The notes below the pieces were generated by a model, which was given only the letters and a program-made list of their open reading frames with translations, was not told where the DNA came from and searched no databases. A stretch of 32,000 bases of DNA from Xylanibacter ruminicola 23 (GTDB lineage Bacteria > Bacteroidota > Bacteroidia > Bacteroidales > Bacteroidaceae), in the NCBI RefSeq assembly GCF_000025925.1, contig NC_014033.1, positions 150,001-182,000 on the forward strand, read 5' to 3'. The translations under genes and the position numbers were made by a program. Position 1 is the stretch's first letter. The number at the start of each line of letters is the position of its first letter. Shown here piece after piece: positions 1 to 9,337 of the stretch.

Positions 1-1939
1 CAATCAGTCGGCTCACGCTGTATTTCTCCTGATACTCGCTCATGTCGATACGCGTCATCATGGTCTCGTCGTTAAACAGATAGTCGGCCAGGGTTTTGGC
101 AAGCTCTGTTTTACCTACACCTGTGGTACCAAGGAAGATGAAGCTGGCGATAGGACGCTTGGGATCCTGCAAGCCAGCACGACTACGGCGCACAGCATCA
201 GATACGGCAATGATGGCTTCGTCCTGACCAATCACACGCTTGTGCAACTCATTCTCTAAGTGCAACAGCTTTTCGCGCTCGCTCTGCATCATCTTGGTTA
301 CGGGGATACCTGTCCAGCGGCTTACTACCTCGGCGATGTCATCGGCGGTAACCTCTTCGCGAACCAGAGAGTTATCGCCTTGGGCATTGGCCAGCTGACT
401 CTGGATATGTGCAATGTCGTCCTCAAGTGCTTTCAGTTTCGAGTAGCGTATCTCGGCTACCTTGCCGTAGTCGCCCTCGCGCTCGGCACGTTCTGCCTCC
501 AGCTTCAGGTTCTCAATATCCTGCTTGTCCTGTTGGATTTTGTTGATGAGTTGGCGCTCGCCTTCCCACTTGGCACGGAACTGGGTTTCCTGTTCCTTCA
601 GTTCGGCGATGTCCTTATCCAACTGTGCTATCTTCTGGGTGTCGCCCTCTCTTTTGATAGCCTCACGCTCGATTTCGAGCTGAGCCAGTCGGCGGGTAAT
701 CTCATCCAACTCCTCAGGTACCGAGTCGCGCTCCATGCGCAGTTTTGCTGCGGCCTCGTCCATCAGGTCGATGGCCTTGTCGGGGAGGAATCTTTCAGAG
801 ATATAGCGCTCTGAGAGTTGCACGGCAGCGATACAGGCATCGTCCTGGATACGTACCTTGTGGTGGTTCTCGTAACGTTCCTTCAAGCCTCGCAGAATGC
901 TGATAGCACTCAGTTCATCGGGCTCATCTACCATCACGGTCTGGAATCGGCGCTCCAGGGCCTTATCCTTCTCAAAGTATTTCTGATACTCGTTCAGCGT
1001 GGTGGCACCTATGGCACGCAGTTCACCACGTGCCAGGGCAGGTTTCAGAATGTTGGCTGCATCCATGGCGCCCTCGCCACCACCTGCACCTACCAAGGTG
1101 TGGATCTCGTCGATAAACAGGATGATGCGGCCCTCGGCCTTGGTCACCTCGTTGATCACACTCTTCAGGCGCTCCTCAAACTCACCTTTGTACTTGGCAC
1201 CTGCTACCAGTGCACCCATATCCAGCGAGTAGAGTTGCTTGTCCTTCAGGTTCTCGGGCACATCGCCACGCACAATACGACCAGCCAGTCCCTCAACGAT
1301 GGCTGTTTTACCTGTACCAGGTTCACCTATTAATATAGGGTTGTTCTTGGTGCGGCGACTCAGAATCTGCAGTACACGACGAATCTCATCGTCGCGACCA
1401 ATCACTGGGTCCAGCTTGCCTTGGCGGGCCAAATCCACCAGGTTCTTGGCATATTTCTCCAAGCTCTGGTAGTTATCATCGGCACTCTGCGATTGCACCT
1501 TCTGTCCCTGGCGCAGCTCCTGGATAGCCGCCTGCATATCCTTCTCGGTACAGCCGGCATCCTTCATGATGCGCGAGGCAGTAGAATTAACTTTCAGCAG
1601 GGCGAGTAGGATAGGTTCTACCGATACAAACTCGTCGCCACCTTTCTGGGCTACCTCTTGCGCGCGCACGAGTACATTATTACTATCACTGGAGAGATAA
1701 GGCTGACCAGCACCCTGTACTTTGGGCAGATGCTGTATCTCCTGATCTACCAGTAACTCTATCTGCTGGGCATTTACACCCAACTTCTGGAAGATGAAGG
1801 TGGTTACATCCTTCGCCTTCTCTATCACACCTTTCAGTATGTGTACAGGTTCTATCACCTGCTGACCATTCATCTGGGCCGCGTTCACCGCCTGCTGAAT
1901 GGCCTCTTGTGCTTTAATTGTAAACTTGTCGAATGTCAT
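1..1939 (-). CDS. clpB: ClpB AAA+ disaggregase, N-terminal ~646 codons (3' end runs off the window)
   Basis: Not in the ORF track because there is no stop in the window. Reverse-complement reading from the ATG (plus-strand CAT 1937-1939) gives [22 protein letters not shown]... It continues with [15 protein letters not shown] (Walker A, NBD1), [14 protein letters not shown] (Walker B), a long coiled-coil middle domain and [16 protein letters not shown] (Walker A, NBD2). The + strand ORFs at 260-1609 are antisense shadows. Confidence 0.96.
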   Translation of the reverse strand, partial: MTFDKFTIKAQEAIQQAVNAAQMNGQQVIEPVHILKGVIEKAKDVTTFIFQKLGVNAQQIELLVDQEIQHLPKVQGAGQPYLSSDSNNVLVRAQEVAQKGGDEFVSVEPILLALLKVNSTASRIMKDAGCTEKDMQAAIQELRQGQKVQSQSADDNYQSLEKYAKNLVDLARQGKLDPVIGRDDEIRRVLQILSRRTKNNPILIGEPGTGKTAIVEGLAGRIVRGDVPENLKDKQLYSLDMGALVAGAKYKGEFEERLKSVINEVTKAEGRIILFIDEIHTLVGAGGGEGAMDAANILKPALARGELRAIGATTLNEYQKYFEKDKALERRFQTVMVDEPDELSAISILRGLKERYENHHKVRIQDDACIAAVQLSERYISERFLPDKAIDLMDEAAAKLRMERDSVPEELDEITRRLAQLEIEREAIKREGDTQKIAQLDKDIAELKEQETQFRAKWEGERQLINKIQQDKQDIENLKLEAERAEREGDYGKVAEIRYSKLKALEDDIAHIQSQLANAQGDNSLVREEVTADDIAEVVSRWTGIPVTKMMQSEREKLLHLENELHKRVIGQDEAIIAVSDAVRRSRAGLQDPKRPIASFIFLGTTGVGKTELAKTLADYLFNDETMMTRIDMSEYQEKYSVSRLI

Positions 1940-2101
1940 AATATGCTCCTTTCTGTTTTAATGTTTAATCTTTAATGTTTAATGTTCAAAGCTTATGCCT
2001 AAGGCTTTTTGTCTGACAAAATGGCATTGATGTATGTCTGTTTGTCGTAGTGCTTCTGAAAATCCATATAAATGTGGATTGCTCAAGTTGCAAAAATTGC
2101 G

Positions 2102-2109
2102 TACCTTTG
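2102..2109 (+). promoter_or_regulatory. Bacteroidetes-type -7 promoter box TACCTTTG
   Basis: Matches the TAnnTTTG -7 consensus of Bacteroidetes primary-sigma promoters and lies 33 nt upstream of the receptor ATG at 2142. Confidence 0.55.
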
Positions 2110-2141
2110 CAGCGCAATTAAGAACATAAGTTGTAAAATTG

Positions 2142-4616
2142 ATGAATAAGAAGATTGTTTTCGTGCTTTTGGCACTGGGTGGTCAGCTTTCGGTAATGGC
2201 CACTCCTCTTAGAAACTTGGATACTGAGGAGCTCAGCGATTCAAGTAAGGTTATCGACCTTGACGAGGTTGTGGTGGTATCGCAACCCAAGGAGCAGGTG
2301 CGCCTGCGCCTTCAGCCAGTTAGTAGTAATGTGTTTGGTAGTGAGCAGTTGCAGCAGTTGCATGTTCACGATTTGAGTCAGCTTTCGCAGTATGTGCCAT
2401 CGTTTGTGATGCCATCGTATGGTTCGCGCCTCACCTCGTCGATGTATGTGCGTGGTATTGGTTCGCGTATCAACAATCCTGCAGTGGGTGTGTATTACGA
2501 TAACATCCCCCTGATGTCGAAGTCGGCTTTCAACAACCATTTCTATATGTTGGATCGTGTAGATGTGCTGCGTGGTCCTCAGGGTTCGCTCTATGGTCAG
2601 AATACCGAGGGTGGACTGGTACGTATCTATTCTAAGAACCCTATGAATTATCAGGGTACTGATATCCGTTTGGGTATCGGCACTGGCTTATATAGTAATG
2701 TAGAGGTGGCTCACTACCATCGTCCATCAGAGAAGTTGGCATTCAGCGTGGCTGGATTCTACAGCGGACTGAAAGGTTTTATTAATAATCAGAACTTCGA
2801 CCAGAAGAACGACCTGACCAACGAGGCTGGTGGTAAGCTGCGCCTGATTTGGCAGCCTAACAAGCAACTGAAGTTCGACTGGACTGCTGATTACCAGTAT
2901 GTAAACCAGAATGGTTTTGGTTATGGCGAGTTCCATCCGTTCGCTTATCTGCCAACACTATATAGCTCAACATTTATGCCTGCAGATGAAACAGTTCAGG
3001 ATCCTGCAACCACCATCATGAACGGTTACAAGCGTAACATGTTTACCACAGGTTTGAACATTGGTTACGAGACAGAGAGCCTGCTCTTTACCTCAACCAC
3101 CAGCTATCAGTACCTGAACGACCTGATGCTGATGGACCAGGACTATATGACAGGCGATTATCTGCAGCTTCGTCAGGCTCAGAAGATGAACGCCATCACT
3201 CAGGAGTTTGTGCTGCGTAGCAACAACAAGGGTCTGATTCGTCAGATATTCCCCAGTCGTTGGCAGCATGCTACAGGTTTGTTCGCTTCGTACCAGTGGC
3301 TTAACACCAATGCACCCGTGCTCTTTGGCGATGGCATCACAGGTCCTATCGGCAATGCGATTGCCAATGCCATGAAGAACTCTATGCTTCAGGGTATGAT
3401 TGGTCGCTTTATGGGGCAGGGAATGAGTGCTGAGGCTGCTAGGGCTGCTGCTCAGGCTGCAGTAGATAAGATGGGCGTAACCATGACTGCCGAGATGGCT
3501 GTACCTGGTGAGTACAAAACTCCAACTTGGAACTTTGCTGCTTTCCACGAGAGTAACATCCTGTTGGGCGACAACTGGAAACTTACCCTTGGTTTGCGCT
3601 TTAATATAGATAAGGTGAAGATTGAGTACGATGCGCTGGCCTATATGAACATGACTGGTGGTACTGCTAATGCCACAGCTACCTATCACCTCACTTCGCA
3701 TGTACAGGACAGTCGCTCTAAGAGCTACACCCAGCTATTGCCAAAGATTGGTCTTACCTATACCTTCGACGATTCAATTGGCAATATCTACGCATTGGTA
3801 TCAAAGGGCTATCGCGCTGGTGGTTACAACTTCCAGATGTTTAGCGGTGTGCTGCAGACTGAGTTGAATGCGCATCAGCAGGACGCTATGCGTGGTGACT
3901 ACGATGTGGAGCACACTGCTGCCGACTATGATGCTATCAACGAGACTATCGCATATAAGCCAGAGGAGAGCTGGAACTATGAGATTGGTACCCACCTGAA
4001 TCTGTTTGGTGGTAGCACTCACTTCGATCTGGCTCTGTACTACATGCAGATTCGTAACCAGCAGTTGTCGATCATGGAGCCAAACAGCAACTATGGTCGT
4101 ATCATGGTTAATGCTGGTAAGAGTCACTCATGCGGACTTGAGGCAACTCTGCGCGGAAAGGCTGCCGACAATGCTCTCGACTGGGCTGTAACCTATGCAT
4201 ACACAAATGCTAAGTTTGATGAGTACCAGCATACCGTAGGTGGTTCAACATCTCCAAATACGGATACATTCGCTGGTGATTACGATGGCAACTATGTGCC
4301 ATTCGTTCCTCAGCACACTCTGAGCGCTATGGTCGACTGGCATATCGGCAAGTTCACCATTGGTGCCAATATGAATGGTCAGGGTAAGATCTGGTGGGAC
4401 GAGGCTAACACCTACGCACAGAAGTTCTATGCTGTAGCTGGTGCTCATGCTGATTACGACTTCGGTCCAGTGCTGGTATCACTCTGGGGACGTAATCTCA
4501 CCAACACGCACTACAATACGTTTGCCGTTGCATCGAGTGCTGTAGGTGGAACTCACTACTTTGCTCAGCGAGCAACACCTATCCAGGTTGGATTAGACGT
4601 TAACATCCACTTCTAA
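2142..4616 (+). CDS. TonB-dependent outer-membrane receptor
   Basis: Signal peptide MNKKIVFVLLALGGQLSVMA; plug-domain motifs (DEVVVVSQPKE, VLRGPQGSLYGQNTEGGLVRIYSK); long beta-barrel region; terminal aromatic residue (...VNIHF). ATG 2142 is preferred over the TTG at 2139 used by the track. Confidence 0.9.
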   Translation: MNKKIVFVLLALGGQLSVMATPLRNLDTEELSDSSKVIDLDEVVVVSQPKEQVRLRLQPVSSNVFGSEQLQQLHVHDLSQLSQYVPSFVMPSYGSRLTSSMYVRGIGSRINNPAVGVYYDNIPLMSKSAFNNHFYMLDRVDVLRGPQGSLYGQNTEGGLVRIYSKNPMNYQGTDIRLGIGTGLYSNVEVAHYHRPSEKLAFSVAGFYSGLKGFINNQNFDQKNDLTNEAGGKLRLIWQPNKQLKFDWTADYQYVNQNGFGYGEFHPFAYLPTLYSSTFMPADETVQDPATTIMNGYKRNMFTTGLNIGYETESLLFTSTTSYQYLNDLMLMDQDYMTGDYLQLRQAQKMNAITQEFVLRSNNKGLIRQIFPSRWQHATGLFASYQWLNTNAPVLFGDGITGPIGNAIANAMKNSMLQGMIGRFMGQGMSAEAARAAAQAAVDKMGVTMTAEMAVPGEYKTPTWNFAAFHESNILLGDNWKLTLGLRFNIDKVKIEYDALAYMNMTGGTANATATYHLTSHVQDSRSKSYTQLLPKIGLTYTFDDSIGNIYALVSKGYRAGGYNFQMFSGVLQTELNAHQQDAMRGDYDVEHTAADYDAINETIAYKPEESWNYEIGTHLNLFGGSTHFDLALYYMQIRNQQLSIMEPNSNYGRIMVNAGKSHSCGLEATLRGKAADNALDWAVTYAYTNAKFDEYQHTVGGSTSPNTDTFAGDYDGNYVPFVPQHTLSAMVDWHIGKFTIGANMNGQGKIWWDEANTYAQKFYAVAGAHADYDFGPVLVSLWGRNLTNTHYNTFAVASSAVGGTHYFAQRATPIQVGLDVNIHF

Positions 4617-4620
4617 GCAT

Positions 4621-4654
4621 AAAAAAACCTCGCCGATTGGCGAGGCTTTTTTTT
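4621..4654. terminator. Bidirectional rho-independent terminator between convergent genes
   Basis: AAAAAAA-CCTCGCC-GATT-GGCGAGG-CTTTTTTTT: a 7-bp GC stem with an A-run on one side and a T-run on the other, between the receptor stop (4616) and the typA stop (4740). Confidence 0.85.
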
Positions 4655-4739
4655 GTGCTATATAAACCTTATACTTTATTAGCCTTGACCTACGGTCGAG
4701 CCTGCTTGCGTTCGGTAATCGATGCAAGCATCATTACGC

Positions 4740-6542
4740 TCACTGTTTCGCAGCCTTCTTACGCTGGTCGTGATCCAGAATCGTTTTGCGCATACGCATC
4801 GACTTTGGTGTTACCTCAACCAGCTCATCGCTCTTGATGTACTCCAGGCACTCCTCAAGACTCATTACGGTCTTTGGAATAATGCGAGCCTTATCATCGG
4901 TACCCGATGCACGTACGTTAGTAAGCTGCTTAGCCTTACATACGTTTACTACCAGGTCGTTATCGTGAACATGCTCACCAACTACCTGACCCATGTAAAC
5001 ATCCTCACCTGGATCGATGAAGAACTTACCACGGTCCTGCAGCTTATCGATGGCATAAGCAAAGGCGTTACCAGTATCCATCGAGATCATCGAACCATTT
5101 ACGCGGCGCTCAATCTCGCCCTTGTATGGCTGATACTCCTTAAAGCGGTGGGCCATGATAGCCTCGCCCTGACTGGCTGTGAGCACATTGGTACGCAGTC
5201 CGATAATACCACGTGATGGGATATCGAACTCGATATTTACACGCTCGCCCTGACTCTCCATCGATGTCATCTCACCCTTACGACGGGTTACCATATCAAT
5301 CATCTTAGATGAGAACTCCTCGGGCACGTTGATGGTGAGCTCCTCAACAGGCTCGTGCTTTACACCGTCGATCTCCTTGTAGATTACCTGAGGCTGACCA
5401 ACCTGCAACTCGTAGCCCTCGCGGCGCATGGTCTCAACCAGCACTGAGAGGTGCAGCACACCACGTCCTGATACAATCCACTTATCGGTGCTATCCTCGA
5501 AAGGTGTCACACGCAGGGCCAGGTTCTTCTCCAGCTCCTTCTCCAAGCGGTCGTTAATATGGCGCGATGTAACAAACTTACCCTCCTTACCAAAGAAAGG
5601 CGAGTCGTTAATCATAAACAGCATCGACATGGTAGGCTCGTCGATAGCGATAGGAGCCAGTGGCTCTGGGTTCTCCAGGTCGCAGATGCTATCGCCAATC
5701 TCAAACTTGTCTAGTCCGATTACAGCGCAGATGTCGCCACACTCTACCTGCTCGGTATGTACGTGTCCCATACCCTCAAAGGTGTGCAGCTCCTTAATCT
5801 TAGTCTTCTCCATGGTGCCATCGCGGTGTGCAATGGTAACCTGCATGCCATCCTTCAGGGTGCCACGGTGTACACGACCTACGGCGATACGACCCTGATA
5901 GCTCGAATAGTCGAGCGATGTGATGAGCATCTGAGGTGTTCCTTCTTCCTTCTTTGGGGCGGGAATCACCTCTACGATTTTATCAAGCAGATAAGTGATA
6001 TTGTCGGTAGGCTTCTGCCAATCCTCGCTCATCCAGCCATTCTTAGCCGAACCATAAACCACGGGGAAATCCAACTGCTCCTCGGTGGCATTGAGCGAGA
6101 ACATCAGATCGAATACCATCTCGTAAACCTCCTCAGGGCGGCAGTTAGGCTTATCTACCTTGTTAACTACAACGATGGGCTTCAGACCGATTTCGAGTGC
6201 CTTCTGCAGCACGAAACGTGTCTGAGGCATAGGACCTTCGAAAGCATCAACCAACAGCAGACAGCCATCGGCCATGTTGAGCACGCGCTCAACCTCGCCA
6301 CCGAAATCCGAGTGTCCTGGAGTGTCGATGATATTGATTTTAACGCCTTTCCAATTGATACTGACGTTTTTTGAAAGAATGGTGATACCACGCTCGCGCT
6401 CCAAGTCGTTGGCATCCAGTACCTGATTGCTGAGATTCTGTCCGTCACGGAACAGGTGTCCAGCCAGCATCATCTTGTCCACAAGGGTTGTTTTTCCGTG
6501 GTCAACATGAGCGATAATTGCAATGTTTCTGATATCCTGCAT
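4740..6542 (-). CDS. typA: Translational GTPase TypA/BipA
   Basis: [25 protein letters not shown] (G1), [14 protein letters not shown] (G3), NKVDK (G4). At 600 aa it is collinear with the TypA/BipA family. Confidence 0.96.
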   Translation of the reverse strand: MQDIRNIAIIAHVDHGKTTLVDKMMLAGHLFRDGQNLSNQVLDANDLERERGITILSKNVSINWKGVKINIIDTPGHSDFGGEVERVLNMADGCLLLVDAFEGPMPQTRFVLQKALEIGLKPIVVVNKVDKPNCRPEEVYEMVFDLMFSLNATEEQLDFPVVYGSAKNGWMSEDWQKPTDNITYLLDKIVEVIPAPKKEEGTPQMLITSLDYSSYQGRIAVGRVHRGTLKDGMQVTIAHRDGTMEKTKIKELHTFEGMGHVHTEQVECGDICAVIGLDKFEIGDSICDLENPEPLAPIAIDEPTMSMLFMINDSPFFGKEGKFVTSRHINDRLEKELEKNLALRVTPFEDSTDKWIVSGRGVLHLSVLVETMRREGYELQVGQPQVIYKEIDGVKHEPVEELTINVPEEFSSKMIDMVTRRKGEMTSMESQGERVNIEFDIPSRGIIGLRTNVLTASQGEAIMAHRFKEYQPYKGEIERRVNGSMISMDTGNAFAYAIDKLQDRGKFFIDPGEDVYMGQVVGEHVHDNDLVVNVCKAKQLTNVRASGTDDKARIIPKTVMSLEECLEYIKSDELVEVTPKSMRMRKTILDHDQRKKAAKQ

Positions 6543-6565
6543 ACGAAAATACTTAAATTCGGGTG

Positions 6566-6573
6566 CAAAGTTA
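6566..6573 (-). promoter_or_regulatory. -7 promoter box TAACTTTG (minus strand) for typA
   Basis: Plus-strand CAAAGTTA is TAACTTTG on the minus strand, ~24 nt upstream of the typA ATG at 6542. Confidence 0.5.
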
Positions 6574-6583
6574 CAAAAAAATA

Positions 6584-6670
6584 GGCACGGATTACACGGA
6601 TTACGCGGATTTTTTAATAAATATCACAAAAAAATATCAAAAATCAGTGTTAATCCGTGAAATCCGTGCC
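6584..6670. repeat. Inverted array of CACGGATT / AATCCGTG words (long hairpin)
   Basis: Left arm is GGCACGGATTACACGGATTACGCGGATT (6584-6611). Right arm is AATCCGTGAAATCCGTGCC (6652-6670). The outer 19 nt pair 18/19 around an A-rich ~40-nt spacer. Confidence 0.85.
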
Positions 6671-6700
6671 AAAAAATTTGGAGGAATGGATAAATTGTTG

Positions 6701-6708
6701 TAATTTTG
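6701..6708 (+). promoter_or_regulatory. -7 promoter box TAATTTTG for rpsO
   Basis: TAnnTTTG match that would give a ~105-110 nt leader before the rpsO ATG at 6821. Confidence 0.5.
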
Positions 6709-6820
6709 CAGCCGCATTTCGGAAAATCCGGAGCATTTGACGACGTAAACCCACTGGTGATTAGGCGGGAATCGCGTTTGAAAAATGTTATTGCAACAAT
6801 TTTTTAATCACATTAAAATT

Positions 6821-7090
6821 ATGTATTTAGACAAGGCAAAGAAAGAGGAGATCTTCGGTCAGTATGGTAAGAGCACTACTGATACTGGTTCTGCAGAGGC
6901 TCAGATTGCACTCTTCAGCTACCGTATCTCTCACCTGACAGAGCACCTGAAGAAGAATCACAAGGACCACAACACTGCACGTTCACTCACCATGCTGGTA
7001 GGTAAGCGTCGTAAGTTGCTGAAGTACCTGTACAATAACGATATCAATCGTTATCGTGCTATCATCAAGGCTCTGGGTCTCCGTAAGTAA
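6821..7090 (+). CDS. rpsO: 30S ribosomal protein S15
   Basis: MYLDKAKKEEIFGQYGKSTTDTGSAEAQIALFSYRISHLTEHLKKNHKDHNTARSLTMLVGKRRKLLKYL...; typical 89-aa S15. ATG 6821 is preferred over the upstream ATG 6785 in the track. Confidence 0.95.
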   Translation: MYLDKAKKEEIFGQYGKSTTDTGSAEAQIALFSYRISHLTEHLKKNHKDHNTARSLTMLVGKRRKLLKYLYNNDINRYRAIIKALGLRK

Positions 7091-7116
7091 TATTCGTACT
7101 TACAACCAAGAAAAGA

Positions 7117-7152
7117 AAATCCCCATCTCAATCGAGGTGGGGATTATTTTTT
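7117..7152. terminator. Rho-independent terminator shared by convergent rpsO and luxS
   Basis: AAAATCCCCATCTC-AATC-GAGGTGGGGATT followed by ATTTTTT; located between the rpsO stop (7090) and the luxS stop (7167). Confidence 0.8.
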
Positions 7153-7166
7153 ATGTTGCTGAAGGA

Positions 7167-7661
7167 TTAGGCATCGGCAAACACCTTACCATCTTCGAGT
7201 GTAATCTGCAGTTTGGTGTACTCGCAGTGGAAATCGTTCTTCAGACGGTCAAGATAGCGGGCGCACTCCCATTTGCACATGGGCAGATCGTGCAGCAGAT
7301 AGTTGCCACAAGCCTCGGGACGTGTTGCAGGCACCTCGTCCTGTGTCAGTATCCACTCCAGGCACTCCATCGTCAACTGGCGCATGTCCTCAACGGTGTA
7401 TTCACCCGTCATAATGATGTACATACCTGTGAGGCATCCCATCGGACCCACATATACCACATCCTCCTTGGCGCGCGAGTTACGGAACCACGTGGCCATC
7501 AGGTGCTCGATACTGTGGATAGCAGCAGGGGCAACAGCAGGCTCCTTATTGGGTTCGGTAATGCGTAAATCAAAAGTGGTAAAACCTTTATCCACACGCG
7601 ATACGTAGATACCTGGCTTCAGGTGCGTGTGGTCGATCGTAAAACTCTGTATAACTTCCAT
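7167..7661 (-). CDS. luxS: S-ribosylhomocysteine lyase (AI-2 synthase)
   Basis: SFTIDHT, FDLR, metal-binding HSIEHL (HxxEH), PMGCLTG and CGNY..H motifs, collinear with E. coli LuxS. Confidence 0.93.
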   Translation of the reverse strand: MEVIQSFTIDHTHLKPGIYVSRVDKGFTTFDLRITEPNKEPAVAPAAIHSIEHLMATWFRNSRAKEDVVYVGPMGCLTGMYIIMTGEYTVEDMRQLTMECLEWILTQDEVPATRPEACGNYLLHDLPMCKWECARYLDRLKNDFHCEYTKLQITLEDGKVFADA

Positions 7662-7703
7662 TTTTCAATTTTTACATTTCCTAATTTTTTCATTTTTACA
7701 TTT

Positions 7704-8333
7704 TCAAAGGCTTTCGATGAAAGTCTTGGTGGTTTGGAATGACTTTTCGGCTACGGTATCCCAGAAGTTGTGGTATTGCGAGGCATCGGTGTCGCGCAGG
7801 GGGATATCGCTGATGACGCGGAACGAGATAAAGGGCACCTTATAGATGTGGCATACCTGCGCGATGGCACAGCTCTCCATATCTACAGCCTTGGCCTCGG
7901 GGAAGTGACTTACTATCTCGCGCATCTTTTCCTTAGAATCCACAAACCAGTCGCCAGTCACAATCAGTCCGGGCTTGGCACCTGCCAACTGGGCTTTCTC
8001 AAGCAGGTAAGGGTCGGCCTGATAACGGGCTGGCAAGCCCTGCACCTGACCATATACGGTGTTCTCGTCGATGGCATAGCCACAATACACATCGTGGTAG
8101 GTCAGCTCCGAACTAACCACTACATCCTGCAGGTTGATGTCGTCGCCATTACCACCAGCGCAACCACTCGAGATAATCACGTCGGGCTTATACTGGCGAA
8201 TCATCTCTACTGCCTGGATAGCGGCATTTACAGTGGCAATACCACTCTTTTGCAGAATCACTTTATCTTCGGGGAATAATGGACGGAGCTGCTTCAGTTC
8301 CTTGTCCATCGCTACTATCATTCCAACTTTCAT
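7704..8333 (-). CDS. mtnN: 5'-methylthioadenosine/S-adenosylhomocysteine nucleosidase
   Basis: MKVGMIVAMDKE, KPDVIISSGCAGG, VDMESCAIAQVCH and FRVISD, collinear with E. coli MtnN/Pfs. Immediately upstream of luxS on the same strand. Confidence 0.9.
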   Translation of the reverse strand: MKVGMIVAMDKELKQLRPLFPEDKVILQKSGIATVNAAIQAVEMIRQYKPDVIISSGCAGGNGDDINLQDVVVSSELTYHDVYCGYAIDENTVYGQVQGLPARYQADPYLLEKAQLAGAKPGLIVTGDWFVDSKEKMREIVSHFPEAKAVDMESCAIAQVCHIYKVPFISFRVISDIPLRDTDASQYHNFWDTVAEKSFQTTKTFIESL

Positions 8334-8336
8334 ACG

Positions 8337-8360
8337 TTAAACATTAAACATTAAACATTC
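8337..8360. repeat. (AATGTTT)x3 word array, read on the minus strand, abutting the mtnN start
   Basis: Plus strand TAAACATTAAACATTAAACATTC; 4 nt from the mtnN ATG at 8333. Confidence 0.9.
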
Positions 8361-8420
8361 TTTTAGTCGGCGTTCCGCCTTTGTAAAAGCGGCAAAGCCG
8401 AGCGAAACATTTATTTTTTT

Positions 8421-8492
8421 GCAACGGACTACAGGACTTTAGGATTTTTTTTACCTGTGATAATCAGTCTTGTTAGTCCTGTTGTCCGTTGC
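8421..8492. repeat. ~70-bp element with ~18-bp terminal inverted repeats, copy 1
   Basis: GCAACGGACTACAGGACTTTAGGATTTT...CTTGTTAGTCCTGTTGTCCGTTGC. Near-identical to 14591-14658. Ends are GCAACGGAC.ACAGGACT / AGTCCTGT..TCCGTTGC. Confidence 0.9.
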
Positions 8493-8499
8493 TAAATTC

Positions 8500-9243
8500 T
8501 CATTTGCTATTACGCTGGCGCACTGCTTCGTACATCAGGATAGCGGCTGATACGCTTACGTTCAGCGAGTCTAGGCGGCCCAGCATGGGTATGCGGATAT
8601 GGGCATCGGCGGCCTCTCGCCACTGGTTGGTAAGGCCCGTGCTCTCGGTGCCCATCACAATGGCGGTGCCCTGCGTCATGTCGTAATCGTAATACTCGTA
8701 CGAATCCTGCAACTGGGCGGTAAGAATCTTGATGCCGTGCTCCTTGAGGAAGGCGATGCACTCCTGCGACGAACAAACGGCTGTGGGCACGCAGAACACA
8801 CCACCGATACTAGCACGAATCACGTTGGGATTGTACATATCCGTCAGTGGGTCGCACACGATGAGGGCATCAATACCAGCCGCCTCGGCACTACGCAATA
8901 TAGCCCCCAGGTTGCCAGGCTTCTCCACACTCTCCAGCACCACAATCAAAGGGCTCTCCTTCAACTGCAACTTTTCCAGTGTGTGCTCCTTGCATCTCAC
9001 CACGGCAATGTGGCCCTCGGTACTGCCGCGATAGGCCATCTTTTCATATACCTGCGGCGAAACGTTCTTGTCGCGGATGTACTCCTCAACCACCTCGTAG
9101 CCGCAGGCTTTACAGTGCTCTATCTCGCGCTGGCCTTCAACCACAAAAAGTCCCTCCTCACGACGGAGCGACGACTTCTGCTGCAGGGCTACTACGTGCT
9201 TAATCTTTGCGTTTTGTACGCTTGTAATGATTGTTTCTTCCAT
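8500..9243 (-). CDS. TrmH/SpoU-family RNA 2'-O-methyltransferase
   Basis: SpoU motifs GNLGAILRSAEAAGIDALIV and C-terminal LNVSVSAAILMYE. ATG 9243 (MEETIITSVQ) is preferred; the track's 25-codon extension runs through its own promoter box and a repeat. Confidence 0.85.
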   Translation of the reverse strand: MEETIITSVQNAKIKHVVALQQKSSLRREEGLFVVEGQREIEHCKACGYEVVEEYIRDKNVSPQVYEKMAYRGSTEGHIAVVRCKEHTLEKLQLKESPLIVVLESVEKPGNLGAILRSAEAAGIDALIVCDPLTDMYNPNVIRASIGGVFCVPTAVCSSQECIAFLKEHGIKILTAQLQDSYEYYDYDMTQGTAIVMGTESTGLTNQWREAADAHIRIPMLGRLDSLNVSVSAAILMYEAVRQRNSK

Positions 9244-9252
9244 ATTTTGCTG

Positions 9253-9260
9253 CAAAATTA
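9253..9260 (-). promoter_or_regulatory. -7 promoter box TAATTTTG (minus strand) for the TrmH-family gene
   Basis: Plus-strand CAAAATTA is TAATTTTG on the minus strand, ~10 nt upstream of the ATG at 9243. Confidence 0.45.
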
Positions 9261-9265
9261 TAAAA

Positions 9266-9293
9266 AATCCGTGAAATCCGTGTAATCCGTGCC
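9266..9293. repeat. AATCCGTG word array (three words), single arm
   Basis: AATCCGTGAAATCCGTGTAATCCGTGCC followed by AAAAATT. Same words and same trailing A-run as 6652-6676. Lies in a divergent promoter region. Confidence 0.9.
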
Positions 9294-9303
9294 AAAAATT
9301 TAA

Positions 9304-9311
9304 TACCTTTG
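9304..9311 (+). promoter_or_regulatory. -7 promoter box TACCTTTG for the YfhO-like gene
   Basis: TAnnTTTG match 27 nt upstream of the ATG at 9338. Confidence 0.55.
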
Positions 9312-9337
9312 CAGGCAAATTAAATAATTTGCAAGTT

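Noticed and set aside
260-1609. Five + strand ORFs (62-184 aa) from the track
   Set aside because: They are antisense to an unmistakable clpB reading frame on the minus strand. Their low-complexity Leu/Val/Ala-rich translations are typical shadow ORFs of a GC-rich, codon-biased gene.
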